Both the position numbers and the translations under genes were made by a program. 54,020 nt of DNA from an uncultured Ignavibacteriaceae bacterium (GTDB lineage Bacteria > Bacteroidota > Ignavibacteria > UBA10030): contig CAZTKU010000001.1 of the NCBI GenBank assembly GCA_964614245.1, positions 1 to 54,020 of the forward strand, given 5' to 3'. The notes under the pieces were generated by a model. It saw only the letters and a program-made list of their open reading frames with translations. It ran no database searches and was not told the origin of the DNA. Shown here in pieces: positions 50,477-54,020 of this stretch. Each line of letters starts with the position of its first letter. Position 1 is the stretch's first letter.

Positions 50477-52393
50477 ATGTCATTTGTTGGAACATATTGG
50501 GATGTAGTTGTGGTCGGCGGTGGGCACGCCGGCATAGAGGCCACATTGGCGGCAGCTAGGATGGGGTGCACAGTTCTGATGGTTACGATGGATAGGAAAG
50601 CCATAGGAAGGATGTCCTGTAATCCTGCCGTTGGAGGTACCGCTAAGGGACATCTGGTTCGTGAGATAGACGCACTCGGCGGAGAAATGGGTAAGATTGC
50701 AGATGCGACGGGTGTTCAATTTCGCCTCCTAAACAGATCAAAAGGACCAGCGGTTTGGTCTCCCCGCTGTCAGAATGATCGTGAGTGGTACTCAAGAGAA
50801 GCGAGAGGACGCGTTGAGAATGAGCCTGGCGTGGCGGTTGTTGAGGATGCAATCGTTGATCTCGAGACAGAAGTCGAGCAGGATTCAGGGCGAAGCCGCG
50901 TGCTTGGGGTGATCACCAAGTCTGGGGCGAAGATCGGGTGCAGGTGTGTGGTGCTTAGCGCGGGGACATTCCTCCGCGGTCTGATGCACACCGGGTTGAA
51001 GAACAGGGAGGGTGGGAGGTACGGAGAGCCCGCCGCTGGGGGGCTCACCAAGAACCTTGAGCGGCTCGGGTTTGTGAGCGGCAGGCTAAAGACCGGTACC
51101 CCACCGAGAATCGATATTTCGAGCATTGATTTCAGCAGGCTTGAGGAGCAGCACAGCGATAGCCCACCCCAGCCGTTCTCGTTCTCTACCCCGAAAATCA
51201 CCAACAGGCTGATTCCGATGTACCTCACTCACACGAATCAGCAGACCCATGCGGCGCTCAGGAAGGGTTTCGATCGCTCCCCTCTGTTTACCGGCGTAAT
51301 TAAGGGGGTTGGACCGCGATATTGCCCCTCCATTGAAGACAAGATCGTGCGGTTCGAAGAGAAAGAACGGCACCAGATTTTCCTGGAGCCTGAGGGCTAC
51401 CACACAAACGTTGTGTATGTCAACGGGTTCTCGACTAGTCTTCCTGAAGAGATCCAGTTCGAGGGGCTGAGAACAATCAGGGGACTGGAAAACGTGAAGA
51501 TGTTGCGACCAGGTTACGCGGTCGAATACGACTTCTTCCCACCGCACCAGGTGAAATTAAGCCTTGAGACAAAGCTCGTGGAGGGGCTGTTCTTCGCGGG
51601 CCAGATCAACGGGACGTCAGGGTACGAAGAAGCGGCCGCACAGGGCCTTATGGCGGGCATCAACGCGGCCTTAAGGATTCAGAGCAAGCCGCCGTTTACC
51701 CTCAAGAGATCAGAGGCATACATTGGCGTTCTGATCGACGATTTGGTTGACAAGAGCACGGATGAGCCGTATCGAATGTTTACCTCGCGCGCAGAGTACC
51801 GCTTGTTGTTGCGACAGGACAACGCCGACCGCAGACTCATGGCAAGGGGTCACTCGCTTGGCCTGGTAACGAACGCCATGTTTGAGAGATTGAAGACAAA
51901 GGAGGAGATGGTTACGAGCGGTATGCGATTTGCGAACGAGTGCTCACTTGCGCCCGAAACAGTGAACCGGTATTTGGAGAAGATCTCGACCGACAGGATC
52001 AACGAAAAGGAAAAACTGTCCAAGCTGTTGAAGAGACCGGGTGTAAGCTTGTTTGAGCTTTTGAGCTTGGATTCCCTCGGCTCGCAACCGATAATGAGGT
52101 CAATCTTAGGCCTTCCAGATGAAAAGCTTAAGAGGGAAATTGTTGAACAAATTGAGATCGAGGTAAAGTACGAGGGGTATATACAGCGGCAGATGGAACA
52201 GATCGAGAGGCTTGAGCAGTTCGAGGCGCAGCGAATTCCTATTGACTTCGATTACGCGAAGATCAGGTCTCTTTCCATAGAGGGAAGGGAAAAGCTCGGC
52301 AAGGTCAAACCCGAATCGCTCGCGCAAGCATCACGCATAAGCGGTGTTACCCCTTCGGATGTTTCGGTTCTCATGGTCTACCTGAAAAGCTGA
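50477..52393 (+). CDS. mnmG: tRNA uridine 5-carboxymethylaminomethyl modification enzyme MnmG (GidA)
   Basis: [41 protein letters not shown]. Start placed at [10 protein letters not shown] (the track extension from 50417 overlaps mnmE). Confidence 0.95.
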   Translation: MSFVGTYWDVVVVGGGHAGIEATLAAARMGCTVLMVTMDRKAIGRMSCNPAVGGTAKGHLVREIDALGGEMGKIADATGVQFRLLNRSKGPAVWSPRCQNDREWYSREARGRVENEPGVAVVEDAIVDLETEVEQDSGRSRVLGVITKSGAKIGCRCVVLSAGTFLRGLMHTGLKNREGGRYGEPAAGGLTKNLERLGFVSGRLKTGTPPRIDISSIDFSRLEEQHSDSPPQPFSFSTPKITNRLIPMYLTHTNQQTHAALRKGFDRSPLFTGVIKGVGPRYCPSIEDKIVRFEEKERHQIFLEPEGYHTNVVYVNGFSTSLPEEIQFEGLRTIRGLENVKMLRPGYAVEYDFFPPHQVKLSLETKLVEGLFFAGQINGTSGYEEAAAQGLMAGINAALRIQSKPPFTLKRSEAYIGVLIDDLVDKSTDEPYRMFTSRAEYRLLLRQDNADRRLMARGHSLGLVTNAMFERLKTKEEMVTSGMRFANECSLAPETVNRYLEKISTDRINEKEKLSKLLKRPGVSLFELLSLDSLGSQPIMRSILGLPDEKLKREIVEQIEIEVKYEGYIQRQMEQIERLEQFEAQRIPIDFDYAKIRSLSIEGREKLGKVKPESLAQASRISGVTPSDVSVLMVYLKS

Positions 52394-52396
52394 CCG

Positions 52397-52410
52397 GTTC
52401 CACGTGGAAC
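52397..52410. promoter_or_regulatory. 14-bp perfect palindrome GTTCCACGTGGAAC in the mnmG-rsmG spacer
   Basis: Verified base by base. Lies 4 nt after the mnmG stop and 44 nt before the rsmG start. It differs from the inner 14 bp of the 50442 palindrome only by one symmetric T/C (A/G) change. Confidence 0.6.
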
Positions 52411-52453
52411 GAGTCGCCCAACCCATTACAAATCAACACATTAGAGGCGCGTC

Positions 52454-53182
52454 TTGGAACGGAGTATCTGGTTCAGAACTGCTTGCAGGCAAAACGGCAT
52501 TGATCTGACGGACGAGCAGCTCGAGAAAGTCGAGAGCTATGCAAAGTTACTGCTCCAATGGAACAACGACATCAATCTTATCTCGCGAAGAGACGAAGGG
52601 AACGTCTGGTTAAGCCATCTACTGCATTCCGTATCAATCCTCTTCAAGGTAAATATTCCTCCAACGGCATCCATACTTGATCTTGGGACCGGCGGCGGCC
52701 TACCGGGAATTCCGTTGAAGATTCTACTCCCCGAAGCCTCGATCACTCTTCTTGACTCTACTCAGAAAAAAATCAAAGTTGTGCAAGAGATCGTTGAGAC
52801 TCTTGCGCTGGAGAATGCGGTTGCATTGTGGGGAAGGGCGGAGGAGATCGGCAAGCTGCCGAACTACCAAAAACACTACGACATTGTTGTTGCTCGTGGA
52901 GTTGGCCCACTGAAGGACCTCGTGCGGTGGTCATTGCCCCTACTGAGGGAGGGTCGTGGATCGGACGGGGAATCGGAACATCACATTGAATTGCATGCGG
53001 GAGAACGCATCAGCGTCGAACCGCCGGCGCTCATTGCACTAAAAGGGGGAGATCTCGGCAATGAGATGAAAGCTGTTCGGGACGGCAAACGCGTGCGGTG
53101 GATGGGGGTTATCGACCTTATACTCAAAGGCTCCACGCAGTTTGAACAGAACGACAAAAAGATTGTGCTCGTGAATTTCTAG
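52454..53182 (+). CDS. rsmG: 16S rRNA (guanine527-N7)-methyltransferase RsmG (GidB)
   Basis: LLLQWNNDINLIS, SAM motif ILDLGTGGGLPGIPLKI, VVARGV. TTG start. Confidence 0.9.
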   Translation: MERSIWFRTACRQNGIDLTDEQLEKVESYAKLLLQWNNDINLISRRDEGNVWLSHLLHSVSILFKVNIPPTASILDLGTGGGLPGIPLKILLPEASITLLDSTQKKIKVVQEIVETLALENAVALWGRAEEIGKLPNYQKHYDIVVARGVGPLKDLVRWSLPLLREGRGSDGESEHHIELHAGERISVEPPALIALKGGDLGNEMKAVRDGKRVRWMGVIDLILKGSTQFEQNDKKIVLVNF

Positions 53183-53204
53183 AACAACCGCGCACACATA
53201 CCCC

Positions 53205-54020
53205 ATGGGCCAAACATTGAGCGATCAGAAAGCACTATTCAACCAGCTAGCTCACCTCAGCACCGAGCAGCGAAACCCGGCCAGCATGGACATCGATGCT
53301 CGCTCGGTGGAAGAGATTCTGCGAACCATCAACGACGAAGATAAGCGGGTTGCATCAGCGATCGAAGAGGAAATCCCACACATCGCCAAAGGGGTGGAGT
53401 TTGTGGTAAAAGCATTTAAGCAGGGAGGTCGCCTGATCTATGTCGGGGCCGGAACAAGCGGAAGGCTGGGGGTCTTGGACGCGGTTGAGTGCCCCCCAAC
53501 ATACGGGACCCCACACGGGATGGTTCGGGGCATGATCGCTGGGGGGGAGAAGGCAATGTTCAAAGCGCAGGAGGGGGCGGAGGACAGAGAAGAGAACGGC
53601 GCGCGAGACATTGATGAGGTGAGCGTAAGCGACAAAGATGTCGTGTGTGGAATTGCCGCGAGCACAAGGACACCGTATGTTGTCGGCGCGGTAAAAAGAG
53701 CAAAAAAGCAGGGCGCAAAAACCTTGTATGTTACAACAAATCCCCGGGACAAGCTATATTCGCCAGAGTTTGCGGAGCTCACCAAAGCGATTGATGTAGC
53801 GATCTGCCCGGAGGTGGGTCCCGAGGTCATCATGGGGTCGACCCGAATGAAATCGGGGACGGCCCAGAAACTCGTGCTCAACATGATTAGCACGGCAGCG
53901 ATGATTCGGCTGGGAAAAGTGTACGAGAATATGATGATTGACCTGCAGATGACGAACCAGAAACTGCGGGAGCGCGCCAAGCGCGTTGTGATGACGATTA
54001 CGGGCATAAGTTATGAAGAG
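53205..54020 (+). CDS. murQ: N-acetylmuramic acid 6-phosphate etherase MurQ (3' end outside the window)
   Basis: Not in the ORF track because it has no stop within the window. STEQRNP, GRLIYVGAGTSGRLGVLDAVECPPTYG and GSTRMKSGTAQKLVLNMIST (SIS domain). Confidence 0.9.
   Translation, partial: MGQTLSDQKALFNQLAHLSTEQRNPASMDIDARSVEEILRTINDEDKRVASAIEEEIPHIAKGVEFVVKAFKQGGRLIYVGAGTSGRLGVLDAVECPPTYGTPHGMVRGMIAGGEKAMFKAQEGAEDREENGARDIDEVSVSDKDVVCGIAASTRTPYVVGAVKRAKKQGAKTLYVTTNPRDKLYSPEFAELTKAIDVAICPEVGPEVIMGSTRMKSGTAQKLVLNMISTAAMIRLGKVYENMMIDLQMTNQKLRERAKRVVMTITGISYEE

Noticed and set aside
53438-54007. 189-aa minus-strand ORF
   Set aside because: It is antisense to murQ, which is open to the window edge and carries clear SIS-domain motifs.

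Overview
This 54-kb chromosomal window comes from a Gram-negative bacterium. The gene content (Bat aerotolerance operon, DUF4381, TIGR03545/03546 pair, four-helix-bundle gene) suggests the FCB superphylum (Ignavibacteria/Chlorobi/Bacteroidetes-like), but that is inference only. The right third is the replication-origin neighbourhood in the ancestral arrangement. gyrA, gyrB, DUF721(dciA-like), recF, dnaN and dnaA lie on the minus strand. They diverge from rpmH, rnpA, yidD, yidC, mnmE, mnmG, rsmG and murQ on the plus strand. AT-rich, DnaA-box-bearing spacers sit on both sides of dnaA. The left 36 kb is almost entirely plus-strand. It encodes a DUF2911 fragment, a CDGSH protein, a TrmH-type methyltransferase (minus strand), NDH-2 and a STAS protein. 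Next comes an uncharacterised three-gene envelope cluster (CHASE2-like sensor, polytopic membrane protein, secreted hydrolase-like protein). This is followed by a thioredoxin-TPR protein, a TonB-C/parvulin lipoprotein, msrA and an AddAB-like helicase-nuclease pair. After that come alaX, a dipeptide epimerase, tRNA-Gly(CCC) and the moxR-DUF58-DUF4381-batA-(four-helix-bundle gene)-batBC-batD-batE operon. The block ends with a MacAB-like ABC efflux operon, the TIGR03546/TIGR03545-like pair and a DUF192 protein. I found no CRISPR array, transposase, integrase or rRNA. I could not identify a clear-cut new multi-gene system. The things most worth a second look are: (1) a promoter-driven structured 144-nt leader made of tRNA-Gly-derived pieces in front of the intact tRNA-Gly; (2) a diverged direct duplication of the alaX 3' end bracketing the epimerase gene; (3) two near-identical perfect CACGTG-centred palindromes just upstream of mnmG and rsmG; (4) two five-copy heptamer arrays in spacers of the bat operon, one next to an inserted Avd-like four-helix-bundle gene; (5) the CHASE2-like three-gene cluster. 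All functional names come from motif recognition by eye, and no database search was run.
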